Positions 11,575 to 20,743 of a DNA stretch of 50,649 nucleotides are shown here, one piece after another (within the stretch, counting starts at the first letter, position 1; each line of letters opens with the position of its first letter). This stretch comes from Alphaproteobacteria bacterium (GTDB lineage: Bacteria > Pseudomonadota > Alphaproteobacteria > Micropepsales > Micropepsaceae), in contig JAPUEF010000225.1 of NCBI GenBank assembly GCA_027492655.1, positions 1 through 50,649 of the forward strand. The letters are read 5' to 3'. The notes under the pieces were generated by a model. It was given only the letters and a program-made list of their open reading frames with translations, ran no database searches and was not told the origin of the DNA. The translations under genes and the position numbers were made by a program.

Positions 11575-13515
11575 TTAAGCGACCGCGCCGCGCACGGCCT
11601 GGAGGCTGGTTTTGGCGAGGCCGGGGCGGGTGGCCGCGCGTGGCCCCCCGTCATTCGCGGCGGCGGACGGCGATTTCCGGCGGCTGCCTTCCTCTTCGAA
11701 GAGTTCGGCCAGCTTTTCGGTCATCGCGCCGCCCAGCTGTTCGGCATCGACGATGGTGACGGCGCGGCGGTAATAGCGCGTGACGTCATGGCCGATGCCG
11801 ATGGCCAGCAGTTCGACCGGCGAGCGGGTTTCGATCTCCTCGATCACCGTGCGCAGATGACGTTCAAGGTAATTGCCGGCGTTTACCGACAGGGTGCTGT
11901 CGTCCACCGGCGCGCCATCGGAGATGACCATGAGGATGCGGCGCTGCTCGGGGCGGGCGAGCAGGCGGTTATGCGCCCAGATCAGCGCCTCGCCGTCGAT
12001 ATTCTCTTTCAGCAGGCCCTCGCGCATCATCAGGCCGAGATTGCGGCGCGCGCGCCGCCACGGGGCGTCGGCGGGCTTGTAGACGATATGCCTGAGGTCG
12101 TTCAGGCGGACCGGCTGGCCCGGCTTGCCGTCCTGAATCCATTTCTCGCGCGCCTGGCCGCCTTTCCACGCCTTGGTGGTGAAGCCGAGAATTTCGACCT
12201 TCACGTTGCAGCGTTCTAGCGTGCGCGCGAGGATGTCGGCGCACATCGCGGCGACCGTGATGGGGCGGCCGCGCATGGAGCCTGAATTATCGAGCAGCAG
12301 CGACACCACGGTGTCGCGGAACTTCATGTCCTTCTCGACCTTGTAGGACAGCGGATTGGTCGGGTCGGTGATGACGCGCGTGAGGCGCGCGGCATCGAGC
12401 ATGCCTTCTTCGAGATCGAACTCCCAGGTGCGGGTCTGCTTCGCCATCAGACGGCGCTGCAGGCGATTGGCGAGGCGGGTGACGACGCCCTGCATCGCGG
12501 CGAGCTGCTGGTCGAGATAGGCCCGCAGGCGCGTCAGTTCGTCGGCGTCGCAGAGATCGTCGGCCGAGATGACCTCGTCATGGGCGGTCGAATAGATCTT
12601 GTAGGCGGGCTCGTTCGGCTTGTCGGGCGTGTTCTGGTTCGGCCGCATCGGCTGCGTCCCGTCATCGGGCGCATCCTGCTCTTCGTCCGACATTTCCGCG
12701 TCGGCATCGACCTCGACCATCTGCTGGTCGTCGTCCTGCGTCGCGCCTTCCTCGAACTCGACTTCGTCGGCGCTGGAGCCTTGCGGCTGTTCGCTCTCGC
12801 CGCTCTCCTGCTGCTGCTCCTGGTTTTCCTCGGACGACTCGTTCTCGCTGTCGTCCTCGTTCTCGTCGTTCTGGTTTTCGCCCAGTTCGTCGCCGAGATC
12901 GAGGTCGCGCAGCACCGTGCGCATGATCTTCGAAAAGGCCTGCTGGTCGTGTTCGATATCTTTCAGGCGCGAGATATCGCCCCTGGCCCGTTCCTCGATG
13001 AAGGGGCGCCACAGATCGACGATCTTCTGCGCGTTCTTCGGCACGGGACGTCCGGTGATCGCCTCGCGGACGATCAGGGCGACGGCGTCGGACAGGGGCG
13101 CGTCGGCGCGGTCCCTGGCCTTGGCGTAGCTTTTGCCGGCATAGCGCTGGTCCAGCACGGCGGCGAGGTTGTCGCCCATGCCGGGCATGGCGTTGGCGCC
13201 GATGGCCTCGATGCGGGCGTCCTCCACGGCGTCGAAGATCACGCGGGCGTTGGGGCCGGTAGGCGCGAAGGCGGCGTGGGTTTTCTCGTCGTGGAAGGCG
13301 AGCTTGAGGCCGAAAGCATCAGCCTGGCCGCGCACCAACGCCACGTCGGCGGCGGGCAGGTCGCGCGAGGGTACGGGCAGGCGGGCGCGGATGCCCTTCA
13401 ACGCCGGCGGCTCGGTGCCGTAGGTGACGGTCAGCTCGGGCTCGGCGGCGATGGAGCGTGTGGTCTGGGCGACAGCGCGCTTGAACCGCTCGATCTGGGT
13501 CTCGGATTTGCTCAT
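11575..13515 (-). CDS. cobT: CobT-family VWA protein (annotated as cobaltochelatase subunit)
   Basis: RG.AD..L, EDARIE, acidic linker, [24 protein letters not shown] and ISDGAPVDD motifs. Confidence 0.93.
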   Translation of the reverse strand: MSKSETQIERFKRAVAQTTRSIAAEPELTVTYGTEPPALKGIRARLPVPSRDLPAADVALVRGQADAFGLKLAFHDEKTHAAFAPTGPNARVIFDAVEDARIEAIGANAMPGMGDNLAAVLDQRYAGKSYAKARDRADAPLSDAVALIVREAITGRPVPKNAQKIVDLWRPFIEERARGDISRLKDIEHDQQAFSKIMRTVLRDLDLGDELGENQNDENEDDSENESSEENQEQQQESGESEQPQGSSADEVEFEEGATQDDDQQMVEVDADAEMSDEEQDAPDDGTQPMRPNQNTPDKPNEPAYKIYSTAHDEVISADDLCDADELTRLRAYLDQQLAAMQGVVTRLANRLQRRLMAKQTRTWEFDLEEGMLDAARLTRVITDPTNPLSYKVEKDMKFRDTVVSLLLDNSGSMRGRPITVAAMCADILARTLERCNVKVEILGFTTKAWKGGQAREKWIQDGKPGQPVRLNDLRHIVYKPADAPWRRARRNLGLMMREGLLKENIDGEALIWAHNRLLARPEQRRILMVISDGAPVDDSTLSVNAGNYLERHLRTVIEEIETRSPVELLAIGIGHDVTRYYRRAVTIVDAEQLGGAMTEKLAELFEEEGSRRKSPSAAANDGGPRAATRPGLAKTSLQAVRGAVA

Positions 13516-13549
13516 TGGGTGAGACTCTTAGACGAGGCGGAGGGGTCTG

Positions 13550-13939
13550 TCAGCGTTCCGCTTGGGCAGCCGGGTCGTCCTCACAGAAGATGAGGCGGTT
13601 GCCCGCTGGGTCGATGACGGTCATTTCCGTGCCGCCCCATTCGGGGCGTTCGAGGCCGGGCCGCATATTGCGGTAATTCCGGGCGGTGATCTCGGCGTGG
13701 AAGGCTGTCAGGCCGGTCACATCGATCCGCACATGCGCGCCGGGCGAGCCGTCGCCGTGATGTTCGGAGATGTGCAGGACGATGCCGTCGCGCTCGACGC
13801 TGAAATAGAGCGGGAGAGACGGCTCGAAGCGGTGCTCGAAGCCGACCGTGAAGCCGAGAAAGCCGACATAGAAGGCCTTGGCCCGAGCTTCGTCGAAGGA
13901 GCGCAGGATCGGGATCGTGCGGCGGTAGGTGAGCGCCAT
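13550..13939 (-). CDS. Glyoxalase/VOC superfamily protein
   Basis: IPILRSFDE..AKAFY..FLGF, LHISEHHGDGSPG and DPAGNRL motifs. Confidence 0.88.
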   Translation of the reverse strand: MALTYRRTIPILRSFDEARAKAFYVGFLGFTVGFEHRFEPSLPLYFSVERDGIVLHISEHHGDGSPGAHVRIDVTGLTAFHAEITARNYRNMRPGLERPEWGGTEMTVIDPAGNRLIFCEDDPAAQAER

Positions 13940-13949
13940 GTCCTGCAAG

Positions 13950-13997
13950 CCCCCTTTCCGGCCTTCGATCGCCTTCCCCTGAAGGGGGAAGGCGATC
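13950..13997. repeat. Short palindromic repeat element with a 13-bp stem
   Basis: GATCGCCTTCCCC-tgaag-GGGGAAGGCGATC between cobS and the glyoxalase gene. Confidence 0.65.
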
Positions 13998-14012
13998 CCG
14001 TCACGAAGCTGT

Positions 14013-15005
14013 TTACGCCACCATCACCTTGGCGGCGCTTTCGGGGAGTTCTTCGCCGAAGGCGCGCTGGTAGAATTCGGCCACCGTGGCGCGCTCCAGC
14101 TCGTCGCACTTGTTCAGGAAGGTCAGGCGGAAGGCGAAGCCGATATCGCCGAAGATCTGGGCGTTCTCGGCCCAGGTGATGACGGTACGCGGCGACATGA
14201 CCGTCGAGATGTCGCCGTTGATGAAGGCCGAGCGGGTGAGGTCGGCGACGCGCACCATGGCGGCGATCTTCTTGCGGCCGTCGGCGCCCTGATAGCTGGG
14301 CGATTTGGCCAGGACGATGTCCACTTCCTTGTCGTGCGGCAGATAGTTCAGCGTGGTGACGATCGACCAGCGGTCCATCTGGCCCTGATTGATCTGCTGG
14401 GTGCCGTGATAGAGGCCCGAGGTATCGCCGAGACCGATCGTGTTCGTGGTCGAGAACAGGCGGAAGGCGTTATGCGGGCGGATGACGCGATTCTGGTCGA
14501 GCAGGGTCAGCTTGCCCGCGACTTCCAGCACGCGCTGGATCACGAACATCACGTCCGGGCGGCCGGCGTCGTACTCGTCGAAGACCAGCGCGACCGGGCG
14601 CTGCAGCGCCCAGGGCAGGATGCCTTCGCGGAATTCCGTCACCTGCTTGCCGTCCTTCAGGACGATGGCGTCCTTGCCGACGAGATCGATGCGCGAAATG
14701 TGGCTGTCGAGGTTGACGCGGATGCAGGGCCAGTTGAGTCGCGCCGCGACCTGCTCGATATGCGTGGACTTGCCGGTGCCGTGATAGCCCTGAACCATCA
14801 CGCGGCGGTTGAAGGCGAAGCCTGCCAGAATGGCCAGCGTCGTCTCGCGGTCGAAGCGGTACGATTCGTCAAGATCGGGGACGTAGGAGTTGGGCTGGCT
14901 GAAGGCCGGAACCTTGAGATTGGTCTCGATGCCGAAAACGGTCTTCGCATCGACAGTGGTGTCGGGCGCGGCTTCGGGGCTCAGGCCCTCGCTCATCTCG
15001 GCCAT
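14013..15005 (-). CDS. cobS: CobS-family MoxR-type AAA+ ATPase
   Basis: Walker [10 protein letters not shown], Walker [23 protein letters not shown]. Confidence 0.95.
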   Translation of the reverse strand: MAEMSEGLSPEAAPDTTVDAKTVFGIETNLKVPAFSQPNSYVPDLDESYRFDRETTLAILAGFAFNRRVMVQGYHGTGKSTHIEQVAARLNWPCIRVNLDSHISRIDLVGKDAIVLKDGKQVTEFREGILPWALQRPVALVFDEYDAGRPDVMFVIQRVLEVAGKLTLLDQNRVIRPHNAFRLFSTTNTIGLGDTSGLYHGTQQINQGQMDRWSIVTTLNYLPHDKEVDIVLAKSPSYQGADGRKKIAAMVRVADLTRSAFINGDISTVMSPRTVITWAENAQIFGDIGFAFRLTFLNKCDELERATVAEFYQRAFGEELPESAAKVMVA

Positions 15006-15080
15006 GGGATTCCTGCGGACGTTTTGGGGTTCTGAAGGTCTGGCGGCGCGGCGGCAGCGACAAGTCTGCCGCGAAGGGGG

Positions 15081-15707
15081 CTAGCCGAAGTTCGATTTCT
15101 TCAGCACGCCATATGCGCGGATCACCAGCGCAAGCCGCTCTTCGGCCGACCGGTCCCCGCCGTTCACGTCGGGGTGGTAGCGTTTCACCAATTCCTTATA
15201 GCGCGTCTTGACCTCTATCAAGGATGCCTCAGCGGTAAGCCCGAGGACATTCAGCGAGTCCATCTGGAGCTTGGGCACCACCCGGGCGCGCTTGCCCACC
15301 GCGTCGCTGCGGGCGCTGGCGGCCTCGCCGTCCTCGAAGACGTCGTACGTGGCGTTCGCCTTGCCGGCGAACGTGGCCTTGTCGCCGCGGGCCTGCCACG
15401 AGGTCGACTGGCGATCTTTCAGCTTCCAGGTCGGGCGGTGGCCCAGCTGGGCGTCGCGCTGGAACTGCTGGACCTCGGCGTCGGACATGCCGTCGAAGAA
15501 ATTCCAGTTCTCGTTCACGAAGCGGACATGCGGCATGCAGAGCCAGCGATGCTCGCGGAGATTTTCCTTGGACTTCGGGGCCTTGTGCGTGCCGGGCTGC
15601 TCGCAGCCGGGAAACTCGCAAAGGCGTACCTGCGGGCGCTTCGGCGCTGCGGCGGCCGTGCGCTTGATGGAGAAGTCCAGATTGATGCGGGGGCGGGTTG
15701 AGCTCAT
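15081..15707 (-). CDS. Class C J-domain protein with an N-terminal Cys/His motif
   Basis: C-terminal J-domain (VKRYHPDVNGG); N-terminal CEFPGC...WLCMPH. Confidence 0.92.
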   Translation of the reverse strand: MSSTRPRINLDFSIKRTAAAAPKRPQVRLCEFPGCEQPGTHKAPKSKENLREHRWLCMPHVRFVNENWNFFDGMSDAEVQQFQRDAQLGHRPTWKLKDRQSTSWQARGDKATFAGKANATYDVFEDGEAASARSDAVGKRARVVPKLQMDSLNVLGLTAEASLIEVKTRYKELVKRYHPDVNGGDRSAEERLALVIRAYGVLKKSNFG

Positions 15708-15717
15708 CTCGAGTCAA

Positions 15718-15746
15718 ATTATGGGAAGCGGTGGTTAACAACGCAA
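15718..15746 (-). promoter_or_regulatory. Sigma70-type promoter of the J-domain/cobS/cobT unit
   Basis: Minus strand reads TTGCGT-N17-CATAAT. The spacer contains TTAACCA, and GANTC lies at 15711-15715. Confidence 0.55.
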
Positions 15747-15794
15747 GAAAACGACGTGCTTGACTTTCAACGCCGACGGGCGGTTTTCCGGGCT

Positions 15795-16082
15795 ATGTCC
15801 GTCGAAACCGCCATCCGTGAAAAGCTGACCGCCGCCTTCGGCCCGGTCAAGCTGACCGTCGAGAACGACAGCGCCCGTCATGCCGGGCATGCTCACCTGA
15901 CCCATCATCTGGCCCGGGGGCCGGGGGCGGTGACGGGCGAGACGCATTTCAACGTGACCATCGTGGCCGAGGCGTTCAAGGGCCTCAGCCGGGTGGCGGC
16001 GCAGCGTCTGGTCTATGGTGCGCTGAAGGACGAACTCGCCGGGCCGGTTCATGCGCTCAGCGTGAAGGCCAGCGCGCCCTAG
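15795..16082 (+). CDS. bolA: BolA family protein
   Basis: NDSARHAGH, GETHF.V.IV..AF.G.SRV..QR.VY and VHAL motifs. Confidence 0.93.
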   Translation: MSVETAIREKLTAAFGPVKLTVENDSARHAGHAHLTHHLARGPGAVTGETHFNVTIVAEAFKGLSRVAAQRLVYGALKDELAGPVHALSVKASAP

Positions 16083-16849
16083 CTCCGCGTATAGGTGACG
16101 CCGCCATCGACGATGAGGGTGGAGCCGACGACATAGTCGCCCGCCCGGCTGGCGAGATAGATCGCGGCTCCGGCCATGTCCTCGTCCGTGCCGATGCGGC
16201 GCAGCGGGATGCGCTTCGCCACGGCCTCGGCTTCGTCACGGGCGGTGGTGTTCATGTCGGACGCGAACGCTCCCGGCGCGATGGCGCTGACGGCGATCTG
16301 TTCGGGCGCCAGCTGGGTCGCCATGCGCCGCGTGAGATGGATCAGGCCGGATTTCGAGGCGGCGTAGGAATAGGTCTCCTGCGGGTTCACCGAAATACCG
16401 TCGATCGAGGCGATATTGATGACTTTCGCGACCCGATCCTTCGCGGCGGCGCGGAGCTGGGGCAGCAGCGCCTGGGTCAGGAAGAAGGGCGATTTCAGAT
16501 TGAGATCGACGACCTGATCCCAGCCCTTTTCGGGGAAGACGTCGATCGGCTCCAGCCACGCCTTGCCGGCATTGTTGACGAGAATGTCGAGCTTCGGCTC
16601 GCGCGCCGCGATGGCTCCGGCCAGCGCCTTCACGCCCTCCATGGTGGAAACGTCGGTCGGCAGGGCGACGATCTCGCCGAACTGCGACAGCTCGGCCGCC
16701 GTGGCGTCGCAGGCGGCCTGCTTGCGCGACGAGATATAGACCTTCGCGCCGCTTTGCAGAAACCCGCGTGCGATCATCTTGCCGATGCCGCGGCTGCCGC
16801 CGGTGACGAGCGCGACGCGGCCCTTTAGCGAGAAGAGATCGAGCGACAT
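16079..16849 (-). CDS. Short-chain dehydrogenase/reductase
   Basis: TGGSRGIG, NNAG and YAASK motifs. Confidence 0.93.
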   Translation of the reverse strand: MSLDLFSLKGRVALVTGGSRGIGKMIARGFLQSGAKVYISSRKQAACDATAAELSQFGEIVALPTDVSTMEGVKALAGAIAAREPKLDILVNNAGKAWLEPIDVFPEKGWDQVVDLNLKSPFFLTQALLPQLRAAAKDRVAKVINIASIDGISVNPQETYSYAASKSGLIHLTRRMATQLAPEQIAVSAIAPGAFASDMNTTARDEAEAVAKRIPLRRIGTDEDMAGAAIYLASRAGDYVVGSTLIVDGGVTYTRS

Positions 16850-16866
16850 GAGCGTTTCTCCGGTTG

Positions 16867-17976
16867 TTATGCGGCGGCGTCGAGGACTTTGCCGACGGCG
16901 GCGGCATCGACGTCCTTGGCGATGAAGGCGTCGCCGATGGCGCGGGCGAGGATGAAGGTCAGCTTGCCCGCCTCGACCTTCTTGTCCTGCGCCATGTGGT
17001 GCAGAAGTTCCGCAGTTGAGGGGCGTTCGCCCGGAATGTCGGCGATGCGATGGGGCAGGCCCATGCGGGCGAGGTGGTTGGCGACGCGGCCGGGCACCTG
17101 GCCGTCGCAGTAGCCGAGGGCCGCCGAAAGATCGAAGGCGAGCTTGATGCCGATGGCGACGCCTTCGCCGTGGAGCAGGCGGTCGGAGAAGCCGGTTGCG
17201 GCCTCCAGCGCGTGGCCGAAGGTGTGGCCGAGATTGAGGAGGGCGCGTTCGCCGGTTTCGGTTTCGTCGCGCTCCACGACGCCCGCCTTGGCGCGGACGC
17301 TGGCGGCGACGGCTTTGGCGAGCGCGGCGGTATCGCCGCTGAGAAGTTTCGCGCCGTCGGTGTCCAGCCAGTCGAAAAAGGCGGCGTCGCCGATAAGGCC
17401 GTATTTCACGACCTCCGCATAACCGGCCTTCATCTCGCGCCGGGGCAGCGTTTCCAGCGCGCCGATATCGGCGAGGACCAGGCGGGGCTGATGGAAGAGG
17501 CCGACGAGGTTTTTCCCTTCGGGCGCATTGATCGCCGTCTTGCCGCCGACGGAGCTGTCCACCTGAGCCAGAAGCGTCGTGGGAATCTGCACGAAGCCGG
17601 TGCCACGCCGCACCAGGCCGGCGGCGAGGCCGACGAGATCGCCGATCACCCCGCCGCCCAGCGCCATGACGAGATCGCCGCGCTCGATGCGGCCGGCCAG
17701 CAAGGCGCTGCAGACGCGCTCGAGATTCCCGAAGCTCTTAGTCTTTTCGCCGGGCGGCAGGATCAGCGCTCCGGCCTCGATGCCGGACGCGGCGAGCGCC
17801 GTCTGCAGCGGCTTCAGATGGCGCGCCGCGACGTTTTCGTCGGTGACGATGAAGCTGACGCCGCGCTTCAGCAGCGGCGCGATCGACGCGCCGGCGCCGG
17901 CGATCAGGCCTTCGCCGACGATCACGTCATAGGAGCGGGCGCCGAGCCCCACGCGGATGGTTTCGGGCGCGCTCAC
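16867..17976 (-). CDS. aroB: 3-dehydroquinate synthase
   Basis: GGGVIGD, PTTLLAQVDSSVGGKT, LNLGHTFGHA and HGE motifs. Confidence 0.97.
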   Translation of the reverse strand: MSAPETIRVGLGARSYDVIVGEGLIAGAGASIAPLLKRGVSFIVTDENVAARHLKPLQTALAASGIEAGALILPPGEKTKSFGNLERVCSALLAGRIERGDLVMALGGGVIGDLVGLAAGLVRRGTGFVQIPTTLLAQVDSSVGGKTAINAPEGKNLVGLFHQPRLVLADIGALETLPRREMKAGYAEVVKYGLIGDAAFFDWLDTDGAKLLSGDTAALAKAVAASVRAKAGVVERDETETGERALLNLGHTFGHALEAATGFSDRLLHGEGVAIGIKLAFDLSAALGYCDGQVPGRVANHLARMGLPHRIADIPGERPSTAELLHHMAQDKKVEAGKLTFILARAIGDAFIAKDVDAAAVGKVLDAAA

Positions 17977-18548
17977 GCGGCGTCCTCCCTGGGCAGCGCG
18001 CCGCGCTCGCGCAGCGACTGGATGATGGCCTTGACCACACGGTCGTGCGGGCCTTCGCGGCTTTCGACGGTGAGGTCGGCTTCGGCATAGACCGGATAGC
18101 GCTCGGCCATCAGTTTTTCCATCGTGGCGCGCGGGTCGGCGGTGTGCAGCAGCGGGCGATTGCCCTTGCGTCCCACCCGGTCCATCAGCAGCCCGACATC
18201 GGCCTTCAGCCAGACCGAGATGCCGCGCCGTCTGATCGCCTCGCGGGTGCGCGGGTCCATGAACGCGCCGCCGCCGGTCGCCAGAATGTGGCGCTGGCCC
18301 TCCAGCAGGCGGGCGATGACGCGGCGTTCGCCGTCGCGGAAGGCGGGTTCCCCGAAACGGGCGAAAATCTCGGAAATCGTGCAGCCCGCCGCCTGCTCGA
18401 TCTCGTGATCGGCGTCGACGAAGGGCAGATTCAGCACGCTGGCGAGCCGCCTGCCCACCGTGGTCTTGCCGACGCCCATCAGCCCTACAAGCACGATGCT
18501 GCGGGCGGCGAGGTCGGACAGGGGCTCCAGCGGGGTCTCGGGTTCCAT
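17973..18548 (-). CDS. aroK: Shikimate kinase
   Basis: GLMGVGKTT, D.D.EIE, GE..FR, ATGGG and RPLL motifs. Confidence 0.97.
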   Translation of the reverse strand: MEPETPLEPLSDLAARSIVLVGLMGVGKTTVGRRLASVLNLPFVDADHEIEQAAGCTISEIFARFGEPAFRDGERRVIARLLEGQRHILATGGGAFMDPRTREAIRRRGISVWLKADVGLLMDRVGRKGNRPLLHTADPRATMEKLMAERYPVYAEADLTVESREGPHDRVVKAIIQSLRERGALPREDAA

Positions 18549-18690
18549 TTCGTTCTGCCTAAACCATGGGCCGGACTTCGCAAAGTCGCCTCAATCGGGC
18601 GTCAACCTTTGCGGTGCAGGGTTGACCCCTGCGCACGGCAAGGGCCATTACCCATGCGAACCCCTCGAATCGACGCCCGGACCGGACTTC

Positions 18691-18834
18691 ATGTCACGCG
18701 CCTCGTTCCTGCTCACGTCTCTTGTCGTCCTGCTGATCGCGGGATTCATCGCTCTTGTGGTGTTGGCCGGATCGGCCGAGCCGCCGCAGCGGCAGGTGGA
18801 GCAGACGATCCCCGATGAGCGTCTTCCGAAATAG
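18691..18834 (+). CDS. 47-aa single-TM small protein
   Basis: MSRASFLLTSLVVLLIAGFIALVVLAGSAEPPQRQVEQTIPDERLPK; overlaps the next gene by 20 nt. Confidence 0.7.
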   Translation: MSRASFLLTSLVVLLIAGFIALVVLAGSAEPPQRQVEQTIPDERLPK

Positions 18835-20740
18835 CGTTTCGCTCGCAGCGCTGCTGATCGCTCTCGCCGCGCCGGCTGCCGCCCAGGACGGCAGTGGGAT
18901 CCCGCGCGATCCGTCGCAGAATAATTCGACGCCGCGCCCGCCTCAGCGGGGCGGTTCGGTTGCAGTGCCGGAGCCGCCGCGCGGCACGATCGGCAACCCC
19001 GATCCGCCAGCGTCGAACCGCGATTTCCTGCCCGACGCGCTGCCCGCCGCCGGGCAGCCGGGCGATTTCGCGGAACAGGGGGACGGCGGAACCGTCCCCT
19101 CGCAGCCGGCGATCCTGTCGCCCGGCAGCGATAGCGGGCCGAGCAGTCTGCCTTACGGGCTGACGGCGGACGAGGTCAGCCGCCAGCAGCAGATCCTCGC
19201 CAATCCCGCCGCGACCGGGATGACGCCGGGCGATGTGGAGGTGCAGCCGCTGGGCAAGCCCGATCCCTCGGACAAGGGCACGTTGGGCGAGAGCGATGGC
19301 GGGCTCGGCAAGGATCTGTGGGCCGATACCGACTATGCGACCATCGCCGAGCTGATGGCCGATCTGCCGGCAGGCACCGCCTCGCCGACGATGAACGATC
19401 TGATCCGCCGCGTATTGCTGACGGGCGCGAAGCCGAAAGACGCTAGCGATGCGGGTCCGACACTGTTCGATCTGCGCACCGCGAAGCTGCTGCAGGCGGG
19501 GCTTGTCGGCGATCTGACAGCGCTGCTGGATGCGGGCGGCGAGAAGACCGGCGACATGAAAGCGCGCGCCGATGGCTATCTGCTGAACGGGCGCACGCGC
19601 GAGGCTTGCGCCGCTGCGGATCCCGAGGCCGCCGATGCGGTGGCGCTGCAGCTGCGGGCTTTCTGTCAGATCGATGCAGGCGATCACGCGGCTGCGGCGC
19701 TGAGCGCCGATCTGGCGCGCGTCAAGGGTGCGAACGATCCGGCCTTCTTCGCGCTGGTGGCGCATCTGGCGGATGGCGCCCCGCTGAATGCGAAAACCCT
19801 CTCCGGCCTGACGCCGGTGACGCTGGCGCTGGCGCAGCGCGCCAAGGCGGCGCTGACCCCGGCGGCGCTGAAGGATGCGAGCCTTGGCGTCGTGGCGGCT
19901 CTGGCGGCCTCGAAACAAACGCCGGCGGGCCTGCGTCTGGCGGCGGCCGAGCGTGCGGCGCGGGACGGCGCATACGATCCGCAGGCGCTGATCGATCTGA
20001 TGATCGCTGCGAAAGCCGGGAAAGGCAGCGGGACGGCGCTGGTCCAACTGGCGGTCCGCACCGAGGGGCTGGAGCCGCGCGCCAAGGCGATCGCCGCCGC
20101 TGCGGCGTTCGCGGCAGGGAACGACCTGACGGCGTTGTATGCGCAGCTTCTGGCCCGCGCGGCCTGGGAGACGCCGCCCTCGGCGGCGCTGGCGCCCTAT
20201 GCCGACGCGGTGACGCGCGTGTTGCTGCTGTCGGGCCGCGGCGACCGGGTGGCCGACTGGCTGAATTTCGCGAGCGCGCTGCCGCCGCTGCTGGCCGACG
20301 AGTTGACTGTCCGCCTGATGCTGGCAGCGCCGACGCGCGAGCGGGCGCTGCAGGCCGCCGAGGCGCTGGCGCGCCTCGCCGCCGCCGCGCCTTCGGACGC
20401 CGCGCTGGCGGCGCGTCTGGTGATCTATGCCGGGGTGATCGAGGCGCAGGGCTTCGCTATCAGCGATGCGGCGCAGGGGCTTCTGGCCGCGACGCCGCAG
20501 CTTGCGGGCGGCGCGGGGCAGGTCGAGACCGCCGAGCTGTCGGCGGCGGCGCGCGCCAAGCGCGTGGGCGAAACCATTCTGCGCGCGCTGATCCTGATCG
20601 GTCCGGGCGGGCCTGAGAAAGCGCATCCGGCGTCGATCATCGAGGCGGCTGCGGCGCTGTCGGCGGTCGGTCTGTCCCGCGAGGCGGGGGCGCTGGCGCT
20701 GGAAGCGGCGTTGACGCGCCCTGTCGCCGGCGGCGGCTGA
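18815..20740 (+). CDS. Exported Pro/Ala-rich helical hypothetical protein
   Basis: Signal peptide MSVFRNSVSLAALLIALAAPAAA, Pro-rich region, GTL...GGLG.DLW motif; directly upstream of xerD. Confidence 0.85.
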   Translation: MSVFRNSVSLAALLIALAAPAAAQDGSGIPRDPSQNNSTPRPPQRGGSVAVPEPPRGTIGNPDPPASNRDFLPDALPAAGQPGDFAEQGDGGTVPSQPAILSPGSDSGPSSLPYGLTADEVSRQQQILANPAATGMTPGDVEVQPLGKPDPSDKGTLGESDGGLGKDLWADTDYATIAELMADLPAGTASPTMNDLIRRVLLTGAKPKDASDAGPTLFDLRTAKLLQAGLVGDLTALLDAGGEKTGDMKARADGYLLNGRTREACAAADPEAADAVALQLRAFCQIDAGDHAAAALSADLARVKGANDPAFFALVAHLADGAPLNAKTLSGLTPVTLALAQRAKAALTPAALKDASLGVVAALAASKQTPAGLRLAAAERAARDGAYDPQALIDLMIAAKAGKGSGTALVQLAVRTEGLEPRAKAIAAAAAFAAGNDLTALYAQLLARAAWETPPSAALAPYADAVTRVLLLSGRGDRVADWLNFASALPPLLADELTVRLMLAAPTRERALQAAEALARLAAAAPSDAALAARLVIYAGVIEAQGFAISDAAQGLLAATPQLAGGAGQVETAELSAAARAKRVGETILRALILIGPGGPEKAHPASIIEAAAALSAVGLSREAGALALEAALTRPVAGGG

Positions 20741-20743
20741 CCC

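Noticed and set aside
11575-15005. cobS/cobT as evidence of a B12 biosynthesis cluster
   Set aside because: No cobN, other cob genes or cobalamin riboswitch in the window; this cannot be concluded from the window alone.
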